Origin: Escherichia coli
GTDB taxonomy: Bacteria; Pseudomonadota; Gammaproteobacteria; Enterobacterales; Enterobacteriaceae
Strand: one strand, 5' to 3'
Assembly (NCBI RefSeq): GCF_001677475.2
Contig: NZ_CP015229.1
DNA: 64,000 bases
The notes under the pieces were generated by a model that worked only from the letters and a program-made list of their open reading frames with translations, was not told where the DNA came from and made no database searches. The position numbers were made by a program, and so were the translations under genes. This document shows, piece by piece, positions 31,328-43,034 of this stretch; position 1 is the first letter of the stretch, and every line of letters begins with the position of its first letter.

Positions 31328-32227
31328 TTACGCAGAGAAAAGGGCGATCAGAATCGGCACTAACAGGCTAAGAATAAAACCGTGAACAATCGCCGCTGGA
31401 ACCATCTCCAGCCCGCCTGTACGTTGAAGAACGGGCAGGGTGAAATCCATCGACGTCGCACCGCATAAGCCCAGTGCGGTAGAGCGGCTGCGGCGAATCA
31501 GCCCAGGAATCAACATAATAGCAATCAGCTCACGGGCAAGATCATTAAAAAACGCCGCGCTCCCGATTACCGGGCCAAAAGATTCAGTCAACAAAATACC
31601 GGAAAGAGAATACCAGCCGAAACCGGAGGCCATTGCCAGCGCGGTATTGATGGGGAGATCAAGAATAAAGGCGTTAATTAAGCCACCAATTAAAGAACTG
31701 GCAACCACCACCACAGCGACAATCATTCCCCGGCGATTAAGGACAATCTGCTTTAAGGTCATGCCATTATTGCGTAGCTGAATACCGACGAGGAAAAGTA
31801 ACAGAATTAAGGTGTATTCGCTGGCTTCAGTGGCGTGTTGTAAGAAACCTAATCCGCTAAGGCCAATGGCAAAACCAATTACGACTACGCCGCACAGTTT
31901 TAGCGACTCCAGCGCCATCGCAATACGCGATGGGAGTTTTTCTTGCTGATGGTGATTGCGCCATGGCAGGCCTCGCTCCAGCCACATAAGGGCGGCAATA
32001 TTACACAGTAAAATAACGGTAATACTGACGGCAGAATAATGCAGAATCGCCAACAGGTTACTGGCGAGGTTATCGAGAAACGCCAGACTGATACCCATAA
32101 AAAAGAGAATAAGGTAAACCATCCAGCTTAATAGCTGATTAATAACTCTTAATGCAGCTTTTTGGCGAAGAGGAATGAGGTAACCCACAATCAGGGGAAC
32201 CAGAATGATTAACAGCCCAGAAAACAT
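31328..32227 (-). CDS. lysO: Lysine exporter LysO (YbjE)
   Basis: ORF trimmed to MFSGLLIILVPLIVGYLIPLRQ, 299 aa, polytopic membrane protein. Confidence 0.85.
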   Translation of the reverse strand: MFSGLLIILVPLIVGYLIPLRQKAALRVINQLLSWMVYLILFFMGISLAFLDNLASNLLAILHYSAVSITVILLCNIAALMWLERGLPWRNHHQQEKLPSRIAMALESLKLCGVVVIGFAIGLSGLGFLQHATEASEYTLILLLFLVGIQLRNNGMTLKQIVLNRRGMIVAVVVVASSLIGGLINAFILDLPINTALAMASGFGWYSLSGILLTESFGPVIGSAAFFNDLARELIAIMLIPGLIRRSRSTALGLCGATSMDFTLPVLQRTGGLEMVPAAIVHGFILSLLVPILIALFSA

Positions 32228-32402
32228 GAAAACCCAGTCCTTGCAAAGATGAAGTCGAAATGCGCGATGACACACTACTGAAAGCGGAAGGACGAGTAAA
32301 GTTGCAATTAAAAGGAAATGTTATGCATAAGGAGCAGTAGAGTATTCGTTTTCATTTAAAGATATTCTTGCGCTTTAATTACAAACCGCACCGGTGTTGG
32401 TG

Positions 32403-32533
32403 GCGTCAAAATCGCCGACCCGGTAGCCGTAAGGGATAAGCCGAGGGCACCGCGCAGCGGCGATTTTGTTCGCCAGAGCCCGGGGGGGCAGGGGCGGCGG
32501 CGATTGGCCGCCCCCTGCGCGCTCCCTGCGCCA
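32403..32533. repeat. GC-rich structured intergenic element with nested inverted repeats (unclassified)
   Basis: CAAAATCGCCG...CGGCGATTTTG (11-bp arms) and GCAGGGGCGGC...GCCGCCCCCTGC read directly; motif CGGCGATT recurs three times. Confidence 0.5.
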
Positions 32534-32590
32534 GTGACTATATGTGGCTTAACACATCAAGGAGCGCAACAGGAAGATGAATCAATATAT

Positions 32591-32621
32591 TTAAAAAAGG
32601 CCTGACATTGCGCCAGGCCTT
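32591..32621 (-). terminator. Intrinsic terminator of aqpZ
   Basis: Hairpin AAGGCCTGacattgcgCCAGGCCTT, followed on the minus strand by TTTTTTAA. Confidence 0.7.
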
Positions 32622-32630
32622 CTGCGTTAA

Positions 32631-33326
32631 TTAATTACGCTTTTCCAGCAGGGTCCGGTAAATCAGACCACCGATAATGCCGCCGACAATTGGCACCACC
32701 CAGAAGAACCACAGTTGTTCTAATGCCCAGCCGCCCTGGAAGATAGCAACCGCGGTGCTGCGCGCTGGGTTAACAGAAGTGTTAGTCACCGGAATACTGA
32801 TTAAGTGAATCAGGGTTAAGGCCAGACCAATAGCGATCGGCGCAAAACCTGCTGGAGCGAATTTGTCGGTTGCGCCGTGGATCACCAACAGGAAACCTGC
32901 ACTCAATACCAGTTCAACTACCAGCGCGGAAAGCATGGAATAACCGCCTGGTGAATGCTCGCCATAACCGTTAGAAGCAAAACCGCTGGCTGCCGCGTCA
33001 AAACCCGTTTTACCACTGGCAATTAAATACAGCAGCGCCGCTGCAACAATACCGCCGACAACCTGGGCAATTACGTAGCCAACGACTTCTTTTGCCGGGA
33101 AACGTCCGCCAGCCCATAAACCAATAGTGACCGCCGGGTTAAAATGACCACCAGAAATATGACCAACAGCGAAGGCCATCGTCAGAACGGTCAAACCAAA
33201 TGCCAGCGCCACGCCGGCAAAACCAATGCCTAATTCCGGGAAGCCTGCGGCCAGTACAGCACTACCACAGCCACCAAAAACAAGCCAGAAAGTACCAAAA
33301 CATTCAGCTGCTAATTTTCTGAACAT
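32631..33326 (-). CDS. aqpZ: Aquaporin Z
   Basis: [24 protein letters not shown]; two NPA motifs ([14 protein letters not shown]); 231 aa. Confidence 0.93.
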   Translation of the reverse strand: MFRKLAAECFGTFWLVFGGCGSAVLAAGFPELGIGFAGVALAFGLTVLTMAFAVGHISGGHFNPAVTIGLWAGGRFPAKEVVGYVIAQVVGGIVAAALLYLIASGKTGFDAAASGFASNGYGEHSPGGYSMLSALVVELVLSAGFLLVIHGATDKFAPAGFAPIAIGLALTLIHLISIPVTNTSVNPARSTAVAIFQGGWALEQLWFFWVVPIVGGIIGGLIYRTLLEKRN

Positions 33327-33751
33327 ATCCACCTCAATTAAAAATTGACCCTGTGAAAAATATGGTCGTTTTATAGGGTCGTCGTAAAAAAGTGACGACG
33401 GAAATAATGCGCGGCTATTTTAAAAACGAAGGCGAGTCATTCACCAGATAAATAAATCCAGTAAATTTGATTTAGGGCAACAGCGGGTTGTCCCATATAG
33501 TCATTTGTCTGATTGACAGTGTAGTGCAAGCGAAAGATTTAATCCTTTAGGCGTAATAAAAAATAATTTATCATGCTAATTATTTGATTTTGTTGTTTTT
33601 GCAGGCTTATCAGCAAGAGGGAGTATAACGCGATTATTCGCTCATTTTTCAGACATTTGCCATGCTTAAATGTGATGTCATCACGTATTAGCAAGGCCTT
33701 TCCCGTTATACTGCCAGCGTAAAGGATAAGTCACATATTTCTGGAGGGGAT

Positions 33752-35410
33752 ATGATTCTTGAGCGCGTTGAAATTGTGGGTTTTCGCGGTATCAACCGTT
33801 TGTCGTTGATGCTCGAACAAAACAACGTCCTGATTGGGGAGAACGCGTGGGGTAAATCCAGCTTGCTGGACGCCTTAACCCTGCTGCTATCGCCAGAATC
33901 AGATCTCTACCATTTTGAGCGCGACGATTTCTGGTTCCCGCCGGGAGATATCAACGGGCGAGAACATCATCTGCATATTATTTTGACCTTCCGCGAATCG
34001 CTGCCAGGCCGACATCGGGTTCGCCGCTATCGGCCGCTGGAAGCGTGCTGGACGCCATGCACCGATGGCTATCACCGTATTTTTTATCGTCTGGAAGGGG
34101 AGAGTGCGGAAGACGGCAGCGTGATGACACTGCGCAGTTTTCTCGATAAAGACGGACATCCGATTGATGTCGAGGATATTAACGATCAGGCACGCCATCT
34201 GGTGCGTTTAATGCCGGTGCTGCGCTTGCGTGATGCCCGTTTTATGCGTCGTATTCGTAACGGCACGGTGCCAAATGTCCCCAATGTGGAAGTCACCGCG
34301 CGCCAGCTCGATTTCCTCGCTCGTGAATTATCCTCACATCCGCAAAATCTCTCTGATGGACAGATTCGTCAGGGACTTTCCGCAATGGTACAGCTGCTTG
34401 AGCATTATTTCTCTGAGCAGGGGGCCGGACAGGCGCGATATCGTTTAATGCGGCGGCGGGCCAGCAATGAGCAACGAAGCTGGCGCTATCTGGATATCAT
34501 CAACCGGATGATTGACCGACCTGGAGGGCGCTCGTATCGGGTTATTTTGCTCGGCCTGTTTGCTACTTTATTGCAGGCAAAAGGCACATTGCGACTGGAT
34601 AAAGACGCCCGTCCATTGTTGCTGATTGAAGATCCAGAAACCCGTTTACACCCCATTATGCTTTCAGTTGCCTGGCATCTGTTGAATCTTCTGCCATTGC
34701 AGCGCATTGCCACCACCAACTCGGGTGAGTTGCTTTCGTTAACGCCGGTAGAGCATGTTTGCCGACTGGTACGTGAGTCCTCGCGCGTTGCCGCCTGGCG
34801 TCTGGGGCCGAGCGGCTTGAGTACCGAAGACAGCCGACGCATCTCTTTCCACATTCGTTTTAACCGTCCGTCATCGCTGTTTGCCCGTTGTTGGCTGCTG
34901 GTGGAAGGCGAAACGGAAACCTGGGTTATCAATGAACTGGCGCGTCAGTGCGGACATCATTTTGATGCCGAAGGGATCAAGGTCATTGAGTTTGCCCAGT
35001 CCGGGCTAAAGCCACTGGTTAAATTTGCCCGGCGAATGGGGATTGAATGGCATGTACTGGTCGATGGCGATGAAGCAGGGAAGAAATATGCTGCTACGGT
35101 ACGCAGCCTGTTGAATAACGATCGGGAAGCCGAACGAGAACATTTAACGGCGTTACCGGCGCTGGATATGGAACATTTTATGTATCGCCAGGGATTTTCC
35201 GATGTGTTCCACCGCGTGGCGCAAATCCCGGAAAATGTACCGATGAATCTGCGCAAAATTATCTCGAAAGCGATCCATCGCTCTTCCAAACCCGATCTTG
35301 CCATTGAAGTGGCAATGGAGGCCGGACGTCGTGGTGTGGACTCCGTACCGACGCTGCTGAAAAAAATGTTCTCACGCGTACTGTGGTTGGCGCGCGGTCG
35401 CGCGGATTAA
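33752..35410 (+). CDS. ybjD: OLD-family ATPase/TOPRIM nuclease homolog YbjD
   Basis: 552-aa ORF; Walker A GENAWGKSS near the N-terminus; recalled as OLD-family with a C-terminal Toprim region. Confidence 0.85.
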   Translation: MILERVEIVGFRGINRLSLMLEQNNVLIGENAWGKSSLLDALTLLLSPESDLYHFERDDFWFPPGDINGREHHLHIILTFRESLPGRHRVRRYRPLEACWTPCTDGYHRIFYRLEGESAEDGSVMTLRSFLDKDGHPIDVEDINDQARHLVRLMPVLRLRDARFMRRIRNGTVPNVPNVEVTARQLDFLARELSSHPQNLSDGQIRQGLSAMVQLLEHYFSEQGAGQARYRLMRRRASNEQRSWRYLDIINRMIDRPGGRSYRVILLGLFATLLQAKGTLRLDKDARPLLLIEDPETRLHPIMLSVAWHLLNLLPLQRIATTNSGELLSLTPVEHVCRLVRESSRVAAWRLGPSGLSTEDSRRISFHIRFNRPSSLFARCWLLVEGETETWVINELARQCGHHFDAEGIKVIEFAQSGLKPLVKFARRMGIEWHVLVDGDEAGKKYAATVRSLLNNDREAEREHLTALPALDMEHFMYRQGFSDVFHRVAQIPENVPMNLRKIISKAIHRSSKPDLAIEVAMEAGRRGVDSVPTLLKKMFSRVLWLARGRAD

Positions 35411-36399
35411 CCGCGAAACATCGTGGCCATTTGTGGCTGAATAGCGTCGAGCATCTCATAGCGCCGACGGTATTCAGCCCGTTTTTTACTGGCGATTTCG
35501 GCAATCTCTTTTCGTGCTATCTGTGCTGGAAGGCGGTAATGGCGTTCAGCATCACATACGCCGCCAACCGATTCCCAGAAAGCGTTGTAATCAGCGTGGA
35601 TCTTGCCTTCTTTATCGCGATAACGCAGGCTGCGGTAAATATGCGTTTCATTGCTGACGGCAATAATCTGCTCTACCTGCAAACGTTGGGCAAACAGACA
35701 GGCCGCTTCCATCACGAGGCGTTTGGGAAATAGCCCGTGGCAGGCTTTCGTCGCATTCTGGATTTCCTGATGTGGAATTTCCCATTTTGCGCCTTGCAGT
35801 CCGCCAATAAACATCGTTCTTTTCCCCTGATATTCACACAGGGTAAACGTGAGCTCTGCCAGAGGAATACCTTCGCTGTTGCGGAACAGGATTGTGCTGT
35901 CACCTTCTTTATCCATTGAGATCATCATGGTCAGCTCAAGCGTGAACTGCTCGCCGTTTTTGCCTTCCAGTTTAGCCAGTTGCAGCCCGGGGGTATTCAA
36001 ATATAAGCTGAATTCTTCCGCCGACATACACCCGCGGAGTAACGCATAATGGTAACGTAACGCCTCCAGCAATTGCTTACGGCTAAGATTCGCCGCAAGG
36101 TAAGGGCGATGCAGACGCACAGGCAGTCGCGGCTGGCGCGTTAACAACACATTGAGATTGGGCCAGTGGGAAAGTTCGTTCATCCACTCAACGCTTAAAC
36201 GCGGCATAATCAACGAGCGCAGCAAAAATTTCTGGCGAAAACTACGGCGATGCCAGAATTTACCCGGCCGACACTGTCCACGTGCCAGACTAAGAAAAAG
36301 TGAGAGGCTGCTGAGAGATTCAGATGACGTAAAGGTCCGTTCGGTTAGCTGCGACATATTCATGAAATCAATGGTTGTATATGACGTCGATTTCACCAT
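35407..36399 (-). CDS. ybjX: VirK/DUF535 family protein YbjX
   Basis: 330-aa ORF; 3' end overlaps the ybjD 3' end by 4 bp; exact start (36399 or 36357) uncertain. Confidence 0.8.
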   Translation of the reverse strand: MVKSTSYTTIDFMNMSQLTERTFTSSESLSSLSLFLSLARGQCRPGKFWHRRSFRQKFLLRSLIMPRLSVEWMNELSHWPNLNVLLTRQPRLPVRLHRPYLAANLSRKQLLEALRYHYALLRGCMSAEEFSLYLNTPGLQLAKLEGKNGEQFTLELTMMISMDKEGDSTILFRNSEGIPLAELTFTLCEYQGKRTMFIGGLQGAKWEIPHQEIQNATKACHGLFPKRLVMEAACLFAQRLQVEQIIAVSNETHIYRSLRYRDKEGKIHADYNAFWESVGGVCDAERHYRLPAQIARKEIAEIASKKRAEYRRRYEMLDAIQPQMATMFRG

Positions 36400-36513
36400 T
36401 GCGTATCTTAACCAAACATCAATAGTGTGATTACTAACGTAAATTTTAGGGTTTTGTTGATATTTCGTTGAAGTTAATGACCCGGATTGGCATATGGAGT
36501 ATTCAGAATATTT

Positions 36514-37629
36514 ATGAAAAAGCGGAAAACCGTGAAGAAGCGTTACGTTATTGCGCTGGTGATAGTCATCGCCGGGCTGATTACGTTATGGAGAATTCTT
36601 AACGCACCCGTGCCGACTTATCAGACGCTGATTGTGCGCCCCGGTGATTTACAGCAAAGCGTGCTGGCGACCGGAAAGCTGGACGCGCTGCGTAAGGTTG
36701 ATGTGGGCGCGCAGGTCAGCGGTCAGTTGAAAACGCTGTCGGTGGCGATTGGCGATAAAGTAAAAAAAGACCAGCTTTTAGGGGTTATTGATCCTGAACA
36801 GGCTGAAAACCAGATCAAGGAGGTCGAAGCAACGCTGATGGAGCTACGCGCGCAGCGGCAGCAGGCGGAAGCGGAGCTGAAACTGGCGCGGGTGACGTAT
36901 TCCCGTCAGCAACGTCTGGCACAAACGCAGGCGGTTTCACAGCAGGATCTCGACACCGCCGCGACGGAGATGGCTGTGAAACAGGCGCAAATTGGCACCA
37001 TTGACGCGCAAATCAAGCGCAATCAGGCTTCTCTCGATACGGCTAAAACCAATCTCGATTACACTCGCATCGTTGCCCCGATGGCCGGGGAAGTCACGCA
37101 AATCACCACTCTGCAAGGCCAGACGGTGATTGCCGCACAACAAGCACCGAACATTCTGACGCTGGCAGATATGAGCACCATGCTGGTAAAAGCGCAGGTT
37201 TCTGAAGCGGATGTAATCCACCTGAAGCCGGGGCAAAAAGCCTGGTTTACGGTACTAGGCGATCCGCTGACGCGCTACGAGGGGCAAATCAAGGATGTGC
37301 TACCGACGCCGGAAAAGGTTAACGACGCTATTTTCTATTACGCCCGTTTTGAAGTACCCAACCCCAATGGTTTGCTGCGGCTGGATATGACTGCGCAAGT
37401 GCATATTCAGCTCACCGATGTGAAAAATGTGCTGACGATCCCTCTGTCGGCGTTAGGCGATCCGGTTGGCGATAATCGTTATAAAGTCAAATTGTTGCGT
37501 AATGGTGAAACACGCGAGCGTGAAGTGACGATTGGCGCACGTAACGATACCGATGTTGAGATTGTCAAAGGGCTGGAAGCGGGCGATGAAGTGGTGATTG
37601 GTGAGGCCAAACCAGGAGCTGCACAATGA
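36514..37629 (+). CDS. macA: Macrolide efflux periplasmic adaptor MacA
   Basis: ORF trimmed to [23 protein letters not shown], 371 aa; coiled-coil adaptor. Confidence 0.9.
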   Translation: MKKRKTVKKRYVIALVIVIAGLITLWRILNAPVPTYQTLIVRPGDLQQSVLATGKLDALRKVDVGAQVSGQLKTLSVAIGDKVKKDQLLGVIDPEQAENQIKEVEATLMELRAQRQQAEAELKLARVTYSRQQRLAQTQAVSQQDLDTAATEMAVKQAQIGTIDAQIKRNQASLDTAKTNLDYTRIVAPMAGEVTQITTLQGQTVIAAQQAPNILTLADMSTMLVKAQVSEADVIHLKPGQKAWFTVLGDPLTRYEGQIKDVLPTPEKVNDAIFYYARFEVPNPNGLLRLDMTAQVHIQLTDVKNVLTIPLSALGDPVGDNRYKVKLLRNGETREREVTIGARNDTDVEIVKGLEAGDEVVIGEAKPGAAQ

Positions 37630-39572
37630 CGCCTTTGCTCGAATTAAAGGATATTCGTCGCAGCTATCCTGCCGGTGATGAGCAGGTTGAGGTGCTGAAG
37701 GGCATCACCCTCGATATTTATGCGGGTGAGATGGTAGCGATTGTTGGCGCTTCGGGTTCCGGTAAATCGACCCTGATGAATATTCTCGGCTGTCTGGATA
37801 AGGCCACCAGCGGCACCTATCGCGTCGCCGGTCAGGATGTTGCCACGCTGGACGCCGATGCGCTGGCGCAACTGCGCCGCGAGCATTTCGGCTTTATTTT
37901 CCAGCGTTACCATTTGCTTTCGCATTTAACCGCCGAGCAGAACGTTGAAGTACCCGCCGTCTATGCCGGTCTTGAGCGGAAACAGCGGCTGCTTCGCGCC
38001 CAGGAGTTACTGCAACGACTGGGGCTGGAAGACCGTACAGAGTATTATCCGGCACAGCTTTCGGGCGGTCAGCAACAGCGCGTCAGCATCGCGCGGGCAT
38101 TGATGAACGGCGGTCAGGTAATTCTTGCCGATGAACCGACCGGCGCACTGGACAGCCATTCTGGCGAAGAGGTGATGGCGATCCTGCATCAGCTGCGCGA
38201 TCGCGGGCATACGGTGATTATCGTCACCCACGATCCGCAGGTCGCTGCTCAGGCTGAGCGGGTGATCGAAATTCGCGACGGCGAAATTGTGCGCAATCCT
38301 TCCGCCATTGAAAAAGTGAATGTTGCTGGCGGGACGGAACCTGTTGTCAACACGGCGTCTGGCTGGCGGCAGTTTGTCAGCGGTTTTAACGAGGCGCTGA
38401 CGATGGCATGGCGGGCGCTGGCAGCGAATAAAATGCGTACTTTACTGACCATGCTGGGTATTATTATCGGTATTGCGTCGGTGGTTTCCATTGTCGTGGT
38501 GGGTGACGCCGCCAAACAAATGGTGCTGGCGGATATTCGTTCTATTGGTACGAATACTATTGATGTCTATCCCGGGAAAGATTTTGGCGATGACGATCCG
38601 CAATATCAGCAGGCGCTGAAGTACGATGACTTAATCGCCATCCAAAAACAACCGTGGGTCGCCTCAGCCACACCTGCCGTCTCGCAAAACCTGCGCCTTC
38701 GTTATAACAATGTTGATGTTGCTGCCAGTGCCAATGGCGTGAGCGGCGATTATTTTAATGTCTATGGCATGACCTTCAGTGAAGGGAACACCTTTAATCA
38801 GGAGCAGCTGAACGGTCGTGCGCAGGTCATGGTTCTCGACAGTAATACTCGCCGCCAGCTTTTCCCCCATAAAGCAGATGTGGTTGGCGAGGTGATTCTG
38901 GTCGGCAATATGCCCGCCAGAGTCATTGGTGTGGCGGAAGAAAAACAGTCGATGTTTGGTAGCAGTAAAGTGCTGCGTGTCTGGCTACCTTACAGCACAA
39001 TGTCCGGGCGAGTTATGGGCCAGTCGTGGCTTAACTCCATTACTGTCAGGGTGAAAGAAGGATTTGACAGCGCCGAGGCGGAACAGCAACTCACGCGTTT
39101 ACTTTCACTGCGCCACGGAAAGAAGGATTTCTTTACCTGGAACATGGACGGCGTCTTGAAAACTGTTGAAAAGACCACACGTACTTTACAACTGTTTCTG
39201 ACGCTGGTGGCGGTGATTTCGCTGGTGGTGGGCGGTATTGGTGTAATGAATATTATGCTGGTGTCAGTGACCGAGCGGACGCGGGAAATTGGCATTCGCA
39301 TGGCTGTAGGTGCGCGAGCAAGCGATGTTTTGCAACAGTTCCTGATCGAAGCCGTACTGGTTTGCCTGGTCGGTGGCGCGTTGGGAATAACACTGTCACT
39401 GTTAATTGCTTTCACCTTGCAGCTTTTCTTACCCGGCTGGGAGATTGGTTTTTCACCGTTGGCGCTGCTGCTGGCGTTTCTCTGCTCGACGGTCACCGGG
39501 ATTTTATTTGGCTGGTTACCCGCACGAAATGCGGCACGACTGGATCCAGTAGATGCTCTGGCACGAGAGTAA
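37626..39572 (+). CDS. macB: Macrolide export ATP-binding/permease MacB
   Basis: 648-aa ORF; Walker [19 protein letters not shown]-terminal FtsX-like permease; 4-bp overlap with macA. Confidence 0.92.
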   Translation: MTPLLELKDIRRSYPAGDEQVEVLKGITLDIYAGEMVAIVGASGSGKSTLMNILGCLDKATSGTYRVAGQDVATLDADALAQLRREHFGFIFQRYHLLSHLTAEQNVEVPAVYAGLERKQRLLRAQELLQRLGLEDRTEYYPAQLSGGQQQRVSIARALMNGGQVILADEPTGALDSHSGEEVMAILHQLRDRGHTVIIVTHDPQVAAQAERVIEIRDGEIVRNPSAIEKVNVAGGTEPVVNTASGWRQFVSGFNEALTMAWRALAANKMRTLLTMLGIIIGIASVVSIVVVGDAAKQMVLADIRSIGTNTIDVYPGKDFGDDDPQYQQALKYDDLIAIQKQPWVASATPAVSQNLRLRYNNVDVAASANGVSGDYFNVYGMTFSEGNTFNQEQLNGRAQVMVLDSNTRRQLFPHKADVVGEVILVGNMPARVIGVAEEKQSMFGSSKVLRVWLPYSTMSGRVMGQSWLNSITVRVKEGFDSAEAEQQLTRLLSLRHGKKDFFTWNMDGVLKTVEKTTRTLQLFLTLVAVISLVVGGIGVMNIMLVSVTERTREIGIRMAVGARASDVLQQFLIEAVLVCLVGGALGITLSLLIAFTLQLFLPGWEIGFSPLALLLAFLCSTVTGILFGWLPARNAARLDPVDALARE

Positions 39573-39583
39573 TTTTTGAGATA

Positions 39584-39612
39584 AAAATGCCAGCCGATCG
39601 GGCTGGCATTTT
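39584..39612. terminator. Bidirectional terminator between macB and cspD
   Basis: AAAATGCCAGCCgatcgGGCTGGCATTTT perfect hairpin flanked by A/T runs. Confidence 0.75.
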
Positions 39613-39644
39613 GCCTTTAGGATGTACACAATGAGACAGAAGAG

Positions 39645-39869
39645 CTATGCGACTGCCGCTTCTACTTCGACGGGCACAATAACACTGGCGTGATTGCCTT
39701 TTGGCCCCTGGTGGACATCAAACTGAACGGATTGTCCAGCTTTTAGCGTTCTGTAACCATCCATCTGAATGGTGGAATAATGAGCGAAAATATCTTCGCC
39801 GCCGCCTTCAGGGCAGATGAAACCAAACCCTTTGGCATTGTTGAACCACTTAACAGTACCCTTTTCCAT
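39645..39869 (-). CDS. cspD: Cold-shock-like protein CspD
   Basis: ORF trimmed to MEKGTVKWFNNAKGFGFICPEGGGEDIFAHYS (RNP1 motif), 74 aa. Confidence 0.92.
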   Translation of the reverse strand: MEKGTVKWFNNAKGFGFICPEGGGEDIFAHYSTIQMDGYRTLKAGQSVQFDVHQGPKGNHASVIVPVEVEAAVA

Positions 39870-40192
39870 GCTTCGACATCCTTCGCAAATCTTATACAAA
39901 TAAGATGGAATAAACCGGGGTCAGAGAGGGGGGCTGTTCAAAACCTCGCCAACTCTAGAAATACAATTTAGAGAATTAGGGCGAGCCGTCAAGCATTTGA
40001 CAGGGGGCAAGGGGCAGGTATGAATCAAAAATTTGAAGCAGTTAACGCTATTGACAGGAATGTGACAGATGTCGCTGATGCCAACGATAGATGATAGTTA
40101 TCTATCATGTGGAGTAGATTGGTCAGGCAAATAAGCTCTTGTCAGCGGCAGGGCGTTCTGCCGATAACCGTAACCGAAGATGATAACTGACA

Positions 40193-40513
40193 ATGGGTAA
40201 AACGAACGACTGGCTGGACTTTGATCAACTGGCGGAAGAAAAAGTTCGCGACGCGCTAAAACCGCCATCTATGTATAAAGTGATATTAGTCAATGATGAT
40301 TACACTCCGATGGAGTTTGTTATTGACGTGTTACAAAAATTCTTTTCTTATGATGTAGAACGTGCAACGCAATTGATGCTCGCTGTTCACTACCAGGGGA
40401 AGGCCATTTGCGGAGTCTTTACCGCCGAGGTTGCAGAAACCAAAGTGGCGATGGTGAACAAGTACGCGAGGGAGAATGAGCATCCATTGCTGTGTACGCT
40501 AGAAAAAGCCTGA
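40193..40513 (+). CDS. clpS: ClpA adaptor ClpS
   Basis: 106-aa [46 protein letters not shown]. Confidence 0.93.
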
Positions 40514-40543
40514 ATGCAGGCATAAAAATTGGGGGAGGTGCCT

Positions 40544-42820
40544 ATGCTCAATCAAGAACTGGAACTCAGTTTAAATATGGCTTTCGCCAGAGCGCGCGAG
40601 CACCGTCATGAGTTTATGACCGTCGAGCACTTGTTACTGGCGCTGCTCAGTAACCCATCTGCCCGGGAGGCGCTGGAAGCGTGTTCTGTGGATTTGGTTG
40701 CGCTCCGTCAGGAACTGGAAGCCTTTATTGAACAAACCACACCCGTTCTGCCTGCCAGTGAAGAGGAGCGCGACACACAGCCGACGCTGAGTTTTCAGCG
40801 TGTACTGCAACGTGCGGTCTTCCATGTCCAGTCCTCCGGTCGCAATGAAGTTACCGGTGCAAACGTTCTGGTCGCTATCTTTAGCGAACAGGAGTCGCAG
40901 GCGGCGTATCTGTTGCGCAAACATGAAGTCAGCCGTCTCGATGTGGTGAACTTTATTTCTCATGGCACGCGTAAAGACGAGCCATCTCAGTCTTCTGAAC
41001 CAGGAAACCAGCCGAGCAGTGAAGAACAAGCTGGTGGGGAGGACCGTATGGAGAATTTCACGACTAACCTGAACCAGCTTGCACGCGTGGGAGGAATCGA
41101 CCCGCTGATTGGTCGTGAGAAGGAACTGGAGCGCGCCATTCAGGTTCTCTGTCGCCGCCGTAAAAACAACCCGCTGCTGGTCGGGGAGTCTGGCGTCGGT
41201 AAAACCGCCATTGCGGAAGGTCTTGCCTGGCGTATTGTTCAGGGCGATGTGCCGGAAGTGATGGCTGACTGTACGATTTATTCTCTCGATATCGGTTCTC
41301 TGTTAGCGGGCACAAAATATCGCGGCGACTTTGAAAAACGTTTTAAAGCGTTGCTCAAGCAGCTGGAGCAGGACACTAACAGCATCCTGTTTATTGATGA
41401 GATCCACACCATTATCGGTGCGGGTGCAGCGTCTGGTGGTCAGGTCGATGCGGCTAACTTAATCAAACCGTTGCTCTCCAGCGGTAAAATTCGCGTAATT
41501 GGTTCGACAACCTATCAGGAGTTCAGCAACATTTTCGAGAAAGACCGTGCTCTGGCGCGTCGCTTCCAGAAAATTGATATTACTGAACCGTCAATCGAAG
41601 AAACTGTTCAAATCATCAATGGCCTGAAACCGAAGTATGAAGCGCACCACGACGTGCGTTATACCGCAAAAGCGGTGCGTGCGGCGGTAGAGCTGGCGGT
41701 GAAATACATCAATGATCGTCATCTGCCGGATAAAGCGATTGATGTTATCGACGAAGCGGGCGCTCGCGCACGCCTGATGCCGGTAAGCAAACGCAAGAAA
41801 ACCGTTAATGTGGCGGATATTGAGTCCGTGGTGGCCCGTATTGCACGCATTCCAGAGAAGAGTGTTTCTCAGAGTGACCGCGATACTCTGAAAAACCTCG
41901 GCGATCGCCTGAAAATGCTGGTCTTCGGTCAGGATAAAGCCATTGAGGCGCTGACTGAAGCCATTAAGATGGCGCGTGCAGGTTTAGGTCACGAACATAA
42001 ACCGGTCGGTTCGTTCCTGTTTGCCGGCCCTACCGGGGTCGGGAAAACAGAGGTGACAGTACAGCTTTCCAAAGCCCTGGGCATTGAGCTTTTACGCTTT
42101 GATATGTCCGAGTATATGGAGCGTCATACCGTCAGCCGCCTGATTGGTGCACCTCCGGGATACGTTGGTTTTGATCAGGGTGGTCTGCTGACCGATGCGG
42201 TGATCAAACATCCGCACGCGGTGCTGCTGCTGGACGAAATCGAGAAAGCGCATCCGGACGTATTCAACATTCTGTTGCAGGTGATGGACAACGGCACGCT
42301 GACCGATAACAACGGACGCAAGGCAGATTTCCGTAACGTGGTGCTGGTGATGACCACCAACGCCGGGGTACGTGAAACCGAGCGCAAATCTATTGGCCTT
42401 ATCCACCAGGATAACAGCACCGATGCGATGGAAGAGATCAAGAAGATCTTTACGCCAGAGTTCCGTAACCGTCTCGACAACATTATCTGGTTCGATCATT
42501 TGTCAACCGACGTAATCCATCAGGTGGTGGATAAATTCATCGTCGAGTTGCAGGTTCAGTTGGATCAAAAAGGCGTTTCTCTGGAAGTGAGTCAGGAAGC
42601 ACGTAACTGGCTGGCCGAGAAAGGTTACGACCGGGCAATGGGTGCACGTCCGATGGCTCGCGTCATTCAGGACAACCTGAAAAAACCGCTCGCTAACGAA
42701 CTGCTGTTTGGCTCGCTGGTGGACGGCGGCCAGGTCACCGTTGCACTGGATAAAGAGAAAAATGAGCTGACCTACGGGTTCCAGAGTGCGCAAAAGCACA
42801 AGGCGGAAGCAGCGCATTAA
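40544..42820 (+). CDS. clpA: ATP-dependent Clp protease ATPase subunit ClpA
   Basis: ORF trimmed to [24 protein letters not shown]; two AAA+ modules ([18 protein letters not shown]); 758 aa. Confidence 0.93.
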   Translation: MLNQELELSLNMAFARAREHRHEFMTVEHLLLALLSNPSAREALEACSVDLVALRQELEAFIEQTTPVLPASEEERDTQPTLSFQRVLQRAVFHVQSSGRNEVTGANVLVAIFSEQESQAAYLLRKHEVSRLDVVNFISHGTRKDEPSQSSEPGNQPSSEEQAGGEDRMENFTTNLNQLARVGGIDPLIGREKELERAIQVLCRRRKNNPLLVGESGVGKTAIAEGLAWRIVQGDVPEVMADCTIYSLDIGSLLAGTKYRGDFEKRFKALLKQLEQDTNSILFIDEIHTIIGAGAASGGQVDAANLIKPLLSSGKIRVIGSTTYQEFSNIFEKDRALARRFQKIDITEPSIEETVQIINGLKPKYEAHHDVRYTAKAVRAAVELAVKYINDRHLPDKAIDVIDEAGARARLMPVSKRKKTVNVADIESVVARIARIPEKSVSQSDRDTLKNLGDRLKMLVFGQDKAIEALTEAIKMARAGLGHEHKPVGSFLFAGPTGVGKTEVTVQLSKALGIELLRFDMSEYMERHTVSRLIGAPPGYVGFDQGGLLTDAVIKHPHAVLLLDEIEKAHPDVFNILLQVMDNGTLTDNNGRKADFRNVVLVMTTNAGVRETERKSIGLIHQDNSTDAMEEIKKIFTPEFRNRLDNIIWFDHLSTDVIHQVVDKFIVELQVQLDQKGVSLEVSQEARNWLAEKGYDRAMGARPMARVIQDNLKKPLANELLFGSLVDGGQVTVALDKEKNELTYGFQSAQKHKAEAAH

Positions 42821-42843
42821 TCTGATTGTCAGGTAGGTTGGTC

Positions 42844-42884
42844 AAGTCCGTAATCTCGAAAGAGGTTGCGGACTTTTTATTTAT
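42844..42884 (+). terminator. Putative intrinsic terminator after clpA
   Basis: AAGTCCG...CGGACTT stem with a large loop, followed by TTTTTATTT. Confidence 0.45.
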
Positions 42885-43034
42885 GGGGTGGAACGGTGAA
42901 AACCCTATTTTTGGAGGTGAAGGTAAGTTGTTGATAATTAGTGCTGCTGGAAAAGGTAAGGATAAAAAAGGGTGACAGCAGGAAAATGAGATGGTTTTGC
43001 TTTATTAACAACGGGCTAAACGTGTAGTATTTGA

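Noticed and set aside
34486-35304. 148-aa and 115-aa minus-strand ORFs inside ybjD
   Set aside because: They are antisense to a well-supported gene and have no independent support.
42821-43034. cas genes or further CRISPR repeats adjacent to the mini-array
   Set aside because: Nothing coding and no more repeats were found between clpA and serW; the array is an orphan.
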